Source: a virus
Direction: 5' to 3' (one strand)
Length of the DNA stretch: 64,000 nt
Virus record (IMG/VR): IMGVR_UViG_3300045988_125590
Coordinates: 1-64,000 of that record
Shown: one piece after another, positions 9,385-18,151 of the stretch
Layout: each line of letters begins with the position of its first letter
Numbering within the stretch: the first letter of the stretch is position 1
Position numbers and translations under genes: made by a program
The notes under the pieces: model-generated
Told to the model about the DNA's origin: nothing
Databases searched by the model: none
Seen by the model: only the letters and a program-made list of their open reading frames with translations

Positions 9385-9608
9385 GGTTGCAGGTGTATAG
9401 TCTGTACACATTTAAAAATAAAATAAATCTACACGCTTGTCGCTCCTTTGACACAACCATTCTATTCATCCTGGCATAGTAAAGTTAAAGTTTACTTTCA
9501 GGCACCTCCCGCCTTTATATGTCACCCATCGCTACCCCTTCAACCTCGATTTATTTATTTTATTTAGCACGGCGTTAATATACTTTATAGGGCGTATACT
9601 TTCACCGT
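9385..9608. repeat. Conserved leader element, copy A (shares ~23-bp palindromic core ggtgtatagtctGtacacattta and ~60 bp of flanking similarity with 18050-18150)
   Basis: Direct comparison with copy B. Both copies sit between a minus-strand gene end and a tRNA-like T-arm/acceptor element. Confidence 0.5.
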
Positions 9609-9872
9609 TTAGCCTGCTTCTACTTCCTGAATTTCTTCAGGAGCACTCGTACCCCAATCTAAATTAACTATATAAGGATTCCAATCTTCTGTAAGGGTTA
9701 ATGCCCCACTTACATTGATAAGACTACTAGGAATCTCATACATAGTTCCTTCTACAGTTACGATAAACACAACATCACAAGTCGTGTTGTCAAAGCGTCT
9801 TATTGTAGATTTGCCAGAAGCGCCTCCACAATTTTTAAGTTGGACTACATAGTAGGTATTATTTTTATTCAT
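9609..9872 (-). CDS. Hypothetical small protein
   Basis: 87-aa ORF. Confidence 0.35.
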   Translation of the reverse strand: MNKNNTYYVVQLKNCGGASGKSTIRRFDNTTCDVVFIVTVEGTMYEIPSSLINVSGALTLTEDWNPYIVNLDWGTSAPEEIQEVEAG

Positions 9873-10169
9873 ACCCTATGTAGTTTTAACCGACACTCGT
9901 AATAACTACCCATCTTTATCTACCACTAGATCATATTTCTATGTATCATTTAAAGGTAGCATAACAGGAATACAATTAGCTGTATAATAAGCTATTGCTC
10001 TTCCTAGTCCAACATTTCCCTAATGGGATTTGTAATTAGATGTCCAAGGATTCATAATTTAAATTTTAATTTTAATTTGGTCAAGACCGGTGCATTAAGC
10101 CAACTCTGCCAACCCTCCAAATAATAGGACTAAGAAAAGCATCGTGTCCTATAGATTACTCTATATGCC

Positions 10170-10454
10170 TTACTCATTCACCTTAACGCGCGTACTTGTT
10201 TCGTGTGTCGCTTCTTCCTGTCCTACCTTTAATATGTCCTGGTTCCACCAATCAGTTAATTCCTGAAAGGTGATACCAAATGTATCTTCAAATTTATCTT
10301 CTGGTACAGTTTCTATACCTATTTGTATAGCCCAATACCAACAAGCTTCAATTTCTTTTAATGGAATTGGTTCTTCACATAACCAGGTATCATCCATTAA
10401 GCAATCCAGAAACTCTCTATGTTCCTCCTTAAATTTATTAATTTTATCATTCAT
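10170..10454 (-). CDS. Hypothetical acidic small protein
   Basis: 94-aa ORF. Confidence 0.35.
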   Translation of the reverse strand: MNDKINKFKEEHREFLDCLMDDTWLCEEPIPLKEIEACWYWAIQIGIETVPEDKFEDTFGITFQELTDWWNQDILKVGQEEATHETSTRVKVNE

Positions 10455-10456
10455 AG

Positions 10457-10543
10457 CGGAGAGTAGCGGATTCGAACCTCTGGACCGATTACTCGATCAA
10501 CACCTTAGCAGGGTGCCACTTTAAACCACTCAGTCAACTCTCC
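10457..10543 (-). tRNA. tRNA-Ser (anticodon GCT), type II
   Basis: Acceptor ggagagt/actctcc perfect; anticodon stem gcacc/ggtgt; loop ctgctaa; long variable arm; T-loop ttcgaat. Confidence 0.7.
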
Positions 10544-10550
10544 TAGAGAA

Positions 10551-10784
10551 TTACTTCTCTTCACCTTTGAACACCTCAGCAGCTATAACTGCTGCTTTAA
10601 ATAGAGCCAGTACTTCATCGTTATGAAGCATTGCATTAAAAATCATATTCTGCAGACTTGCTCGTCCTTCTGAACCAATGCAAGCTGAGGAGTGTTCACC
10701 ATCGCTTACGATACATACCACACTCTTTACCTCTTCAAAGCTATTTATAGTCTTGAGGGCTTCCTTTTTAAAGTTTCTTTCCAT
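10551..10784 (-). CDS. Hypothetical small protein
   Basis: 77-aa ORF. Confidence 0.3.
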   Translation of the reverse strand: MERNFKKEALKTINSFEEVKSVVCIVSDGEHSSACIGSEGRASLQNMIFNAMLHNDEVLALFKAAVIAAEVFKGEEK

Positions 10785-10811
10785 ATTAAATATTTAATTA
10801 ATAATCTATTA

Positions 10812-10888
10812 GGGTCACATCTGGGAATCGAACCCATTCTTCAATGTTCACAGCATTGCGTGCTAACCGTTACACTAAATGGACCATT
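10812..10888 (-). tRNA. tRNA-His (anticodon GTG), acceptor register uncertain
   Basis: Anticodon stem caatg/cattg with loop ctgtgaa; T-loop ttcgatt. Acceptor pairing imperfect by eye. Confidence 0.45.
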
Positions 10889-10889
10889 C

Positions 10890-11213
10890 TCATAACACCT
10901 TCATATACAAGTTCTTTGGATAATTAGGAAAAACTGCTAATGTAACTGGACATAGCCAAATTTCCCCACTAAAGTTAAGAGTATTTACTCCATAAGTAGC
11001 CCCAAATTCATCCTCAGAAACTCTATTGAGGTGTATATAATCCTTTATAGGGTCTGTTGATACTTCTATGGAGATTCTAGTGTTTCCATTACAGAGGGAA
11101 TCTAGAAGTAAATCTGCACCTGCTACCATTTGCAGATCAGATACATCTCCTTCCCAAGGAATATCTACAAACCAACGTTCAGATAATTTAACGAAAGATA
11201 ATATTTTCTTCAT
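10890..11213 (-). CDS. Hypothetical protein
   Basis: 107-aa ORF. Confidence 0.35.
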   Translation of the reverse strand: MKKILSFVKLSERWFVDIPWEGDVSDLQMVAGADLLLDSLCNGNTRISIEVSTDPIKDYIHLNRVSEDEFGATYGVNTLNFSGEIWLCPVTLAVFPNYPKNLYMKVL

Positions 11214-11232
11214 TTACTATTACTTTAAGTTA

Positions 11233-11302
11233 GTAGATATAAGGGAATTGAACCCTTCCTCTCAACCGCACAGGCAGGCTCTCACCAGTGAGCTAATATC
11301 TA
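11233..11302 (-). pseudogene. tRNA-like with intact acceptor, D and T arms but truncated / non-pairing anticodon arm
   Basis: Acceptor tagatat/atatcta; D-stem gctc/gagc; T-arm aaggg-ttcaatt-ccctt. Only 20 nt lie between D and T arms and no 5-bp anticodon stem is possible. Confidence 0.4.
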
Positions 11303-11312
11303 ACCAAAATAG

Positions 11313-11383
11313 AGGGTAGTGAGGGAGTCGAACCCTCTTACACGGTTTTGCGGACCGTGACCTAACCGTTCGGACAACCACCC
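11313..11383 (-). tRNA. tRNA-Cys-like (anticodon GCA) with unusual C32-C33
   Basis: Acceptor gggtggt/actaccc (one G-U); anticodon stem acggt/accgt; loop ccgcaaa; T-arm gaggg-ttcgact-ccctc; irregular D-arm as in Cys tRNAs. Confidence 0.45.
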
Positions 11384-11582
11384 TTAAAACAGAATACATT
11401 TTAGAAATTAACCATGATAATTATCGATAAAATTGCTGATAGTATTCTTATTGTAACAAAATGGAAAAACAAAAACGGAATGCTACTAGAAATGTTCAAG
11501 ATTAAAAGTCTCGTATTATAGTCTAAGTTTGCTGTACGCATTCCTATAACAATCTTCTAAATTATACAATATTTAAGTGGAG

Positions 11583-11660
11583 ATGAGGGGAGTCGAACCC
11601 CTGTCTTACATATTTGCATCAAAGCATTCTTACAGCTTAGGTTTTAAAGACTATCCTTGT
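11583..11660 (-). ncRNA. tRNA-like 3' element (T-arm agggg-TTCGACT-cccct plus acceptor strand) without foldable 5' half
   Basis: gggagtcgaacccct on the plus strand. Upstream region does not supply a complementary 5' acceptor. Confidence 0.3.
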
Positions 11661-11946
11661 CTATTAGGGTTGACAGGATTGATATACTGCCAACTTCCAC
11701 CACTCTGTTCCTAAAGTATACAGAGAACTTATAGAATTGTTAATGGTGCACCTTTCTGTTCCTAAGCAAGTGCTGCTCGACTTATTAGGCAGCAGCCTGA
11801 TAAGCAGGAGTCATATTAATAACCCTAGCATTTATGGTTTTGTTGTCTTTCCAACTGTCTTTGCTGTGCTTCTTATCTCCTACGCAATCAAAACCAAACA
11901 TCCCCATAACAAGCAGTTTCGGGTCATGCTCAGGACTCTCTTTCAC

Positions 11947-12468
11947 TTATACCATTTCTTTCAATAGTCCAGTATAGTTTGGATGGCTAGCATATCCAAT
12001 TCGATTTAGAAAGGCATAATAACTGCCTCCATTATATCTATTAGATATACATTTCTTATAATCCTCTACACATTCTGTCCAATGGGAATACCGTCTATAA
12101 CGATTTCCCTTTTTAAGTCCAAAAATATTCTGATGAGTACGAACTAAGTTAGACTTAAAATTACCTGTTTCAAGCTTGGCTTGAGCAAGTACAATATTTG
12201 CGTGAGGTATATTGTTCTTAATAAGTTCAGCCTTCAAATTGGTTTCATTAAGAACTTTTGGTTTAGCAACTGGCTTTACCTGAGCGACTTTAACATTTTT
12301 GTCCTTAGATGTAACCTTTGCTGAATCCTTTACCATTTCAATACGGATAGTATTTTCAGATGGTCTAGGAGAACTTTTTGGCACTGAAATTATAGTAATT
12401 AAAGCACCAAGGATTAAACCTATCATCAGGTAAAATCCATTTTGATAAATCTGTTGTTTCATAATCAT
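11947..12468 (-). CDS. Membrane-anchored peptidoglycan hydrolase, glucosaminidase/FlgJ-like (GH73 family)
   Basis: N-terminal TM helix. Motif NIVLAQAKLETGNFKSNLVRTHQNIFGLK matches the LytD/FlgJ glucosaminidase signature (AQA.LE.G......NN.FGIK). Confidence 0.55.
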   Translation of the reverse strand: MIMKQQIYQNGFYLMIGLILGALITIISVPKSSPRPSENTIRIEMVKDSAKVTSKDKNVKVAQVKPVAKPKVLNETNLKAELIKNNIPHANIVLAQAKLETGNFKSNLVRTHQNIFGLKKGNRYRRYSHWTECVEDYKKCISNRYNGGSYYAFLNRIGYASHPNYTGLLKEMV

Positions 12469-12586
12469 AGTTTTTAATTAATAAATACTAATCTAAAACA
12501 GGAATCTATTCTTTTATAGCTGCTGCTTTTATAAGAATATATTTGCTGTTAGATTCCTTCTTAGCATGTCAAAAACGTAAATGGCG

Positions 12587-12674
12587 TCTAGGTGACAGGA
12601 CTCGAACCTGCATCCGCTTATTAAGCCTCCACCTGATCCCAAATCAGGGCTCTAGCCAATTAGAGTACACCTAG
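12587..12674 (-). tRNA. Type-II tRNA (Leu-like D-arm, long variable arm) with apparent anticodon TGG
   Basis: Acceptor ctaggtg/cacctag perfect; D-arm ctc-taattggcta-gag (Leu-like); anticodon stem cctga/tcagg; loop tttggga; ~20-nt variable arm; T-arm gcagg-ttcgagt-cctgt. Confidence 0.5.
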
Positions 12675-12783
12675 ATAAACAGAAGACTTATTTGTACTTA
12701 CTTGATCCCTAATCGAGTGTATTAAATATTTGCTGTTAGTCTTCTTATTTATTAACAATAAAAAACAAAAAAGTATCCAGTTG

Positions 12784-12831
12784 AGGTGCACGAGGATTCG
12801 AACCCCTACTTCCCACTGAGGAATGCACCTT
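12784..12831 (-). ncRNA. tRNA-like mini-helix (7-bp acceptor-like stem aggtgca/tgcacct enclosing a T-arm-like ggttcgaatcc core), ~48 nt
   Basis: Too short for a tRNA: no anticodon or D arm. Confidence 0.25.
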
Positions 12832-12901
12832 AAACAAAGAACTTAAAAAGAATCATAAAATACCATTAGCAACATTGCTGAAGTTCTCTACGATAGCTAG
12901 T

Positions 12902-14347
12902 TTACTGCACGTTATAGTTATTCAAACTATCGTCGAAGTAATTTTCAGCCATTGCAATGAACTGTTTAGTACGCTTGTTGTCTACATCTAGGCATTCCTT
13001 GAGTGCCTCAACAAGTCTCTTCTCAGGAGTTTGAGACATATCCTTCTTCCGAGAAAGCTTAACCTGATGCAGATAAGACTTAACAGAGTTAAGAATATAC
13101 TCTGCCTTTACAACACACTCATCAGTGAGTACCATCATAGATTTAACCTTCTCGATAATTTCTGCCATAAATGCAGGAGCGATATTGTTCTCTTCGATGA
13201 ACTTACAAACATCTGTAAGGTCGTCCTCAATCTGATAACAACCAATCTCGAAAGATTTACGAATAAACTCTTCTGCTGTAGCAGCATCCAGAGTACCCAT
13301 AGAGATGATAGTGCCAACTCGCTTACCTCTTAAGAAGGTAGGTTCAATGAGTTCAATATGATTAGTAGTGAAAAGGGTAATGACATTCATATCCTTAGTA
13401 TCACCACCATCCAATGTGTTAAGGATGTCCTGCATAGCAGAGTCACGATTGCCTCGTGTTACCTGATCAATATCCTCAACAAAGATTACAACACCATGTC
13501 CAGACTGATCAATGATCTTAGACATGCGAAGAGATTCTGCCAAGAGTTTTGGGTCCTTCAGATAAATGAACATCCAATTGTTCTTGACAGCTTCACGAGC
13601 AAGTTTGAAGGCAAGAAGAGTTTTACCAGTTCCATAGCCTCCTTCTAATAATGCTCCAAACTTCAACGGAATGCCTTTCTCAATACACTTTTCTGGATTG
13701 AGAATGCGAGCATTGATTGGACGAAGGGCATACTCAGTTTCCTTACTAATAACCATTAACTGGTCGTCAATGTTACGTAAGTCAAGAATTTCTGGATTGT
13801 TAATGTTAGAAATCTCCAGAGCCTGACCCTTATAAATCGAATTAGTCTTCAAATTCGTTTTAGTCTGCTCGATAATGTCATCCATTAAAGATGAAAAACG
13901 GAACTGGAGTCTTCCAGTAATTATCAGCTCATGTGTATCAGAATGATAATTAATGTTAATTGAGGAATCCTCTCCGAGACCATCAAGCTGAATATCTCCA
14001 TAAGGAGCCTTAACTCTAGTTCCGTCAGCAAGAGTAATGTCTACAGTTTGAACACTCTTTTCACCTGATGGACTGCCACTTTCCTTAGAAACAACAGATC
14101 CAAACACCTGAGAAATAGCCTGATTGAGCTGATAGATACCATCGTTGCGGAAACACTGAATGCGATAGTTGATTTTTGCCATCTTCTTAGATTGGGCAAT
14201 CTCGCTCTCAATGTAGTCAAGGCAATCAGCATAAGTTGTATCCTGTAACTGCATTACCTCTATGAACTTACCTTTCATAGCCTCCTCATAGTTGTTTACC
14301 TTCTGCTCAAGAGTAGAACTCTTGCTTTTTCTTGTAACTTGATTCAT
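12902..14347 (-). CDS. AAA-family ATPase (classic AAA clade)
   Basis: Walker A GGYGTGKT, Walker B VIFVEDID, sensor-1 TTN and downstream Arg in the C-terminal half. ~230-aa uncharacterised N-terminal domain. Confidence 0.7.
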   Translation of the reverse strand: MNQVTRKSKSSTLEQKVNNYEEAMKGKFIEVMQLQDTTYADCLDYIESEIAQSKKMAKINYRIQCFRNDGIYQLNQAISQVFGSVVSKESGSPSGEKSVQTVDITLADGTRVKAPYGDIQLDGLGEDSSININYHSDTHELIITGRLQFRFSSLMDDIIEQTKTNLKTNSIYKGQALEISNINNPEILDLRNIDDQLMVISKETEYALRPINARILNPEKCIEKGIPLKFGALLEGGYGTGKTLLAFKLAREAVKNNWMFIYLKDPKLLAESLRMSKIIDQSGHGVVIFVEDIDQVTRGNRDSAMQDILNTLDGGDTKDMNVITLFTTNHIELIEPTFLRGKRVGTIISMGTLDAATAEEFIRKSFEIGCYQIEDDLTDVCKFIEENNIAPAFMAEIIEKVKSMMVLTDECVVKAEYILNSVKSYLHQVKLSRKKDMSQTPEKRLVEALKECLDVDNKRTKQFIAMAENYFDDSLNNYNVQ

Positions 14348-14621
14348 CTGGTTTTAATTTTTTTTTTTTTAATTTAATAATTCTGCGCCTAATATTTAGG
14401 CAGTTTTCCATAGTAGTTGTTAAACATCCGAGATGGACAATTCCATTGTCCTTAGTGATTGTAAGATTCTTTTCTGGAATTTCTCCCTTGTCTTCCCTAT
14501 TTCTAATGATACGCTCTATTATAGGGAATTTAACAGCAGTATTCTTACAAAAAATCACATCCTTCTCAGAAATGTAAACAACCTCATTGCCGTTTATTTC
14601 ACCTACTTTGTGTTTAGGCAT
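14307..14621 (-). CDS. Hypothetical protein (start trimmed to the internal Met of MPKHKVGEING)
   Basis: ORF 14307..14705; upstream part overlaps the next ORF. Confidence 0.3.
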   Translation of the reverse strand: MPKHKVGEINGNEVVYISEKDVIFCKNTAVKFPIIERIIRNREDKGEIPEKNLTITKDNGIVHLGCLTTTMENCLNIRRRIIKLKKKKLKPDESSYKKKQEFYS

Positions 14622-14794
14622 ACAATTAAACCTACAATGATAAAAGTAATGATTAACAAGATTATCGGTCCATAGAATGGGAGAGTAACCCACCACCAAG
14701 ACCAATCAATTACGCCAACTAGCTTTAATACCACGAAGGCGACACCCAATAGTCCAAGAATACCTGGACCTTTGTAATTTACCTGCTTTTCCAT
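14603..14794 (-). CDS. Small membrane protein (start trimmed to MEKQVNYKG so as not to overlap tRNA-Thr)
   Basis: Two hydrophobic helices (GILGLLGVAFVVLKLVGV, GPIILLIITFIIVGLIV). Confidence 0.35.
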   Translation of the reverse strand: MEKQVNYKGPGILGLLGVAFVVLKLVGVIDWSWWWVTLPFYGPIILLIITFIIVGLIVCLNTK

Positions 14795-14817
14795 ATTAAT
14801 ACCTTTTAAAATGTTAG

Positions 14818-14890
14818 AGCCCTCTGCCGGACTCGAACCGACAACCTCCTGTTTACAAGACAGGCACTCTGCCATTAAAGTTAAGAGGGC
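14818..14890 (-). tRNA. tRNA-Thr (anticodon TGT)
   Basis: Acceptor gccctct/agagggc; anticodon stem cctgt/acagg; loop cttgtaa; T-arm gtcgg-ttcgagt-ccggc. Confidence 0.65.
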
Positions 14891-14956
14891 ATTTTCGGAG
14901 GGTTCATAGTTAGTTGAACCCTCCTATTCTTTGTGAAAAGAGTTAAATACCTATTC

Positions 14957-16738
14957 TCACGAATCAGTATGAACTGTATACTTTTTATTTTTACGCTTAG
15001 CTACACTAAGCTTCACAATTCTTACTCTGTTAAGTAACTCCTGATCCATTGCTGTCAAGAACAACTCTTCTGCATTTTTAGGAGCTTTGAACTCAGGTTT
15101 ATTTCCTCCTAAAATGAATGCTACAGCACTCGGGTCATAGCCAGACATATAGAAGAAATTAGGAGCATTCGCAAAGTCTTCAAACTTTACTTTGTTGTCA
15201 GCACCATACCATCCATTAGGAATATCCCAAAGGATAATCTTAAAGGAATTAACGTACTCCTTACTAAACCCTGCTTCACGAAGTCTCCTAATTGCAAGTT
15301 GGAAATTTGTAGATTTGTTAGTACCACATCTATCAAACTCCCCGTCACTTACGCAGAGGATTCCACTTGGGAAATCTCTTTCTTCAACTCCTTTCAATTT
15401 TAATCCTACAAAGAGATCTATTACAGACTGGAAATTGGTACTTCCGTAAGCCTCACAACGATCATTGATATACTTGTCAACTGGGGTTGCTCCATTCCAT
15501 CTAAGAAGTTTGCAGCTATTAGAGAACTCTGCAAATGTATTAGCAAAGTATCCTTCTAAGAACTCAGAGAAATACAATGCCATAGACTTGGCAATACAAG
15601 ATGAAGATACATTACACCCTCTAGCAGTTGATTCCATTGAGCATGAGGTATCTCGTACTACAAGTAGTGAAGACTTAGCATCCACATTCTCTTTGCCCGT
15701 CTTTACAAGTTGTGCAAATTGCGCATTGATTGTCTTTTCCTTGTAATCCTCTATATGTCGATAGTTTCCATCGAAAGGAGCAAACAGCTCAAACACATAT
15801 CCTGTAAACTTAGCTACAGGCTTAGAGGAAATCCAATCAATATACTTCTTGGTAAGATTGTGGTTTTCCAAGAAGTTAGAACCAACCAAGAGAGCTAAAG
15901 CTCTACCTGCAATGTGATCAAAGTTAAGTGAATCGTACAACTGCTGAGAAATAAGTTGTTGCCATTCATGGGCAATACCCTTAGACTTAATCTTTCGATA
16001 AGCTTTATAAGCAGATTCCTTCTCCAATTTAGGAGAGAATTTTCTAGCCAACCATCTACCTATAAGAGTATCTGCTTGAGACTCAAGCGTTGTACAGTTC
16101 TTATTGGTTCTAATAGTTGGTAGGTACTTACGTACCAGGTGGGTTGTATCAGGATTGTTAAGTCCTGCTAACAAAGTCAGATATAGGAAATTCCAATCTA
16201 ACTTTCTCTCTTTCCAACCGTGATATTGTAAGTCTAAAGAGAGCATTTGGATGACATCCTTCCATGAGCCTGCTGCAATGAAAAGAGGAAGATTTACGTT
16301 AAATGTTGCAGGTTGATTAATCGCCAACCACAGCATTCTCATAATACCTTCATTCCTTAAGCCTTGTCCACGCTGAACCTCTAGTTCTTCACTCTTGTTT
16401 ATAGTGACAATTTTAGACTTACGTGTGATGAGTCTGAAATAGAGTGCAAGTTTTACACAGAGAGTAGGATTTGAACTCCATAGAGTTTGCATATCCTTTG
16501 CCACCTCCTCATAAGAGCGAGGCTCTTTGAAATATGAAGCAGCAGCAAAGTTATCAACAAAATCATTTCCAGTTGTGGAATACTTCTTTGCTCCATTGCC
16601 TGACTCAGTTTCAGAAGACACTTCCGATGCTTGCTCTACGAACTGATTCTCGGCAGGTTTAATGTCGAGAAGTGAATTTACCTTCTTTTGAAATTCCATA
16701 CTTTTTACATGATTATTAAAAATTTTTATAACTTCCAT
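14957..16738 (-). CDS. vWA-domain protein (MIDAS motif D-T-S-C-S-M); speculatively Ro60/TROVE-like
   Basis: LLVVRDTSCSMEST is a DxSxS MIDAS motif at the start of a C-terminal vWA-like region. ~350-aa mostly alpha-helical N-terminal region. Sits next to the AAA ATPase. Confidence 0.5.
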   Translation of the reverse strand: MEVIKIFNNHVKSMEFQKKVNSLLDIKPAENQFVEQASEVSSETESGNGAKKYSTTGNDFVDNFAAASYFKEPRSYEEVAKDMQTLWSSNPTLCVKLALYFRLITRKSKIVTINKSEELEVQRGQGLRNEGIMRMLWLAINQPATFNVNLPLFIAAGSWKDVIQMLSLDLQYHGWKERKLDWNFLYLTLLAGLNNPDTTHLVRKYLPTIRTNKNCTTLESQADTLIGRWLARKFSPKLEKESAYKAYRKIKSKGIAHEWQQLISQQLYDSLNFDHIAGRALALLVGSNFLENHNLTKKYIDWISSKPVAKFTGYVFELFAPFDGNYRHIEDYKEKTINAQFAQLVKTGKENVDAKSSLLVVRDTSCSMESTARGCNVSSSCIAKSMALYFSEFLEGYFANTFAEFSNSCKLLRWNGATPVDKYINDRCEAYGSTNFQSVIDLFVGLKLKGVEERDFPSGILCVSDGEFDRCGTNKSTNFQLAIRRLREAGFSKEYVNSFKIILWDIPNGWYGADNKVKFEDFANAPNFFYMSGYDPSAVAFILGGNKPEFKAPKNAEELFLTAMDQELLNRVRIVKLSVAKRKNKKYTVHTDS

Positions 16739-17063
16739 CAGAGAATATTACTCTTCTTAAGGTTTGCCTTAAAGGTCTATAGTAATTCGGTAATGGATAA
16801 TAATTAATTATTTTGGATGTGCCAGATTCTATATAGGTTTTTACTACAGCCTCCTTGTAACGATCAGTATCATACTTAGAAGGGAAATCGTATTCAATTG
16901 TGAATACTATACAAACTATATCTTTCCATGTATTATTTAATACTTTAGTTTTTATATAAGGGGTATTATTAGAATCATAACATCCTTTTGCTCTCACTAC
17001 CTTTTGAGAGACTGCACTAGTACTTATGAGTACAAGTAGCAAAGCACATAAAATTTTCTTCAT
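16716..17063 (-). CDS. Secreted small protein (signal peptide MKKILCALLLVLISTSAVSQ); start trimmed to avoid tRNA-Leu overlap
   Basis: ORF 16716..17213; the upstream part overlaps the tRNA at 17081-17161. Confidence 0.4.
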   Translation of the reverse strand: MKKILCALLLVLISTSAVSQKVVRAKGCYDSNNTPYIKTKVLNNTWKDIVCIVFTIEYDFPSKYDTDRYKEAVVKTYIESGTSKIINYYPLPNYYRPLRQTLRRVIFSDGSYKNF

Positions 17064-17080
17064 ATTAGTTACTTTTAAGG

Positions 17081-17161
17081 TCGGAGTAGTGGGACTCGAA
17101 CCCACACGCATTACTGCATATGCTCCTAAGGCATACGTGTCTACCATTCCACCATACTCCG
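17081..17161 (-). tRNA. tRNA-Leu (anticodon TAG), type II
   Basis: Acceptor cggagta/tactccg perfect; anticodon stem tatgc/gcata; loop cttagga; variable arm present; T-arm gtggg-ttcgagt-cccac. Confidence 0.7.
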
Positions 17162-17365
17162 TGGTGCCTTTTCCTTTGCTATTATAATAGCTAACCCTAG
17201 AGAAAAGATGCATAAAAGACTAAGTTTCTATAGATAAAGTATTACTTGTAAGCCTCGTCTAATTCCTTAGACCAAGCTTGATAAACACTAATGAATGGTT
17301 GCTGCATCATATTATGCTTTTTGGCATAATCGAGCAAATACCTTAGTTCCTGTAAATCCATAATG

Positions 17366-17911
17366 TTATATTTTAATAGTATTGATAGCGTCTTCTATTA
17401 CATTTGATGCTTTCAGTAAAGCCTTGTTGCTGCTCAGTAGCTTTCCCTTAAGGTCATTTAGTTCTGCCTTTATAGCATTGCATTGTTTCTTTAGACTTTT
17501 GTTCTCCTCATATATAGAGTCGGCAACCTCGAGATCTGACCTTAGCTTAGCATTGTTTAGCTCCGCAGAAGCTTTTTGAAGATTCTTGTTAGTCTTTTTG
17601 AGAGACTTTAGTAAGCTCTTTATATGCCCTGCAAATAAATCCCTTATACTAAAGTAACTTTTTAAAAATCCTACAATATCTTCCTTATAAAAGCAAGAAG
17701 TTATTCTGAAGTCCTTGTCAGTAAAATAATAGCAGCCGTTGGAAAGCTTGACTATTTCAAAATCAACGAACTCATGTTCGCTGTAATGATCAGAAAACCT
17801 AATTGTAGTAGATCCTTTTTGATAATATCTAGAACTATTAGTAGAAGCTTTCTTATAAGAATCAGTCATTGAAACCAACAACTTGTGAATTGATTTATCT
17901 CTATAATCCAT
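17366..17911 (-). CDS. Hypothetical protein with C-terminal coiled coil
   Basis: 181-aa ORF; Lys/Leu/Asn-rich heptad-like C-terminal half. Confidence 0.4.
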   Translation of the reverse strand: MDYRDKSIHKLLVSMTDSYKKASTNSSRYYQKGSTTIRFSDHYSEHEFVDFEIVKLSNGCYYFTDKDFRITSCFYKEDIVGFLKSYFSIRDLFAGHIKSLLKSLKKTNKNLQKASAELNNAKLRSDLEVADSIYEENKSLKKQCNAIKAELNDLKGKLLSSNKALLKASNVIEDAINTIKI

Positions 17912-17929
17912 TTCTTTTCGTTTTTATGT

Positions 17930-18012
17930 TAATGTTTGTAGCTCGAACAAGAATCGAACTTGCACGCCCATTACTGGGCAACAGATTTTCAATGAGCTTA
18001 CTCTCATTTGGA
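17930..18012 (-). ncRNA. tRNA-like element: T-arm (gcaag-TTCGATT-cttgt), acceptor-like stem and a cccagtaatggg hairpin, with no D or anticodon arm
   Basis: caagaatcgaacttg on the plus strand. Immediately followed (minus sense, upstream) by conserved leader copy B. Confidence 0.3.
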
Positions 18013-18049
18013 CTATGTCTTCTCCATGCATTTAAATATTTAAATGTTT

Positions 18050-18150
18050 AGGAGGCTGGTGTATAGTCTCTACACATTTATGTATTAATTACAATTTAGC
18101 TCGGCGTTATTATCATTTAAAGGCTGATACCTTCGCCGAATTAGCCAGCA
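18050..18150. repeat. Conserved leader element, copy B (ggtgtatagtctCtacacattta core plus flanks similar to 9385-9608)
   Basis: Alignment with copy A shows the ends gcaggctaaacggtgaaagtatacgcc...aacgccgtgctaaat vs gctggctaattcggcgaaggtatcagcc...aacgccgagctaaat, with paired substitutions. Confidence 0.5.
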
Positions 18151-18151
18151 T

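Noticed and set aside
275-12831. tRNA 3' fragments as attP/attB-type integration sites
   Set aside because: No integrase or recombinase gene is visible in the window, and the fragments sit inside a dense phage tRNA array, so an integration-site interpretation is unsupported.
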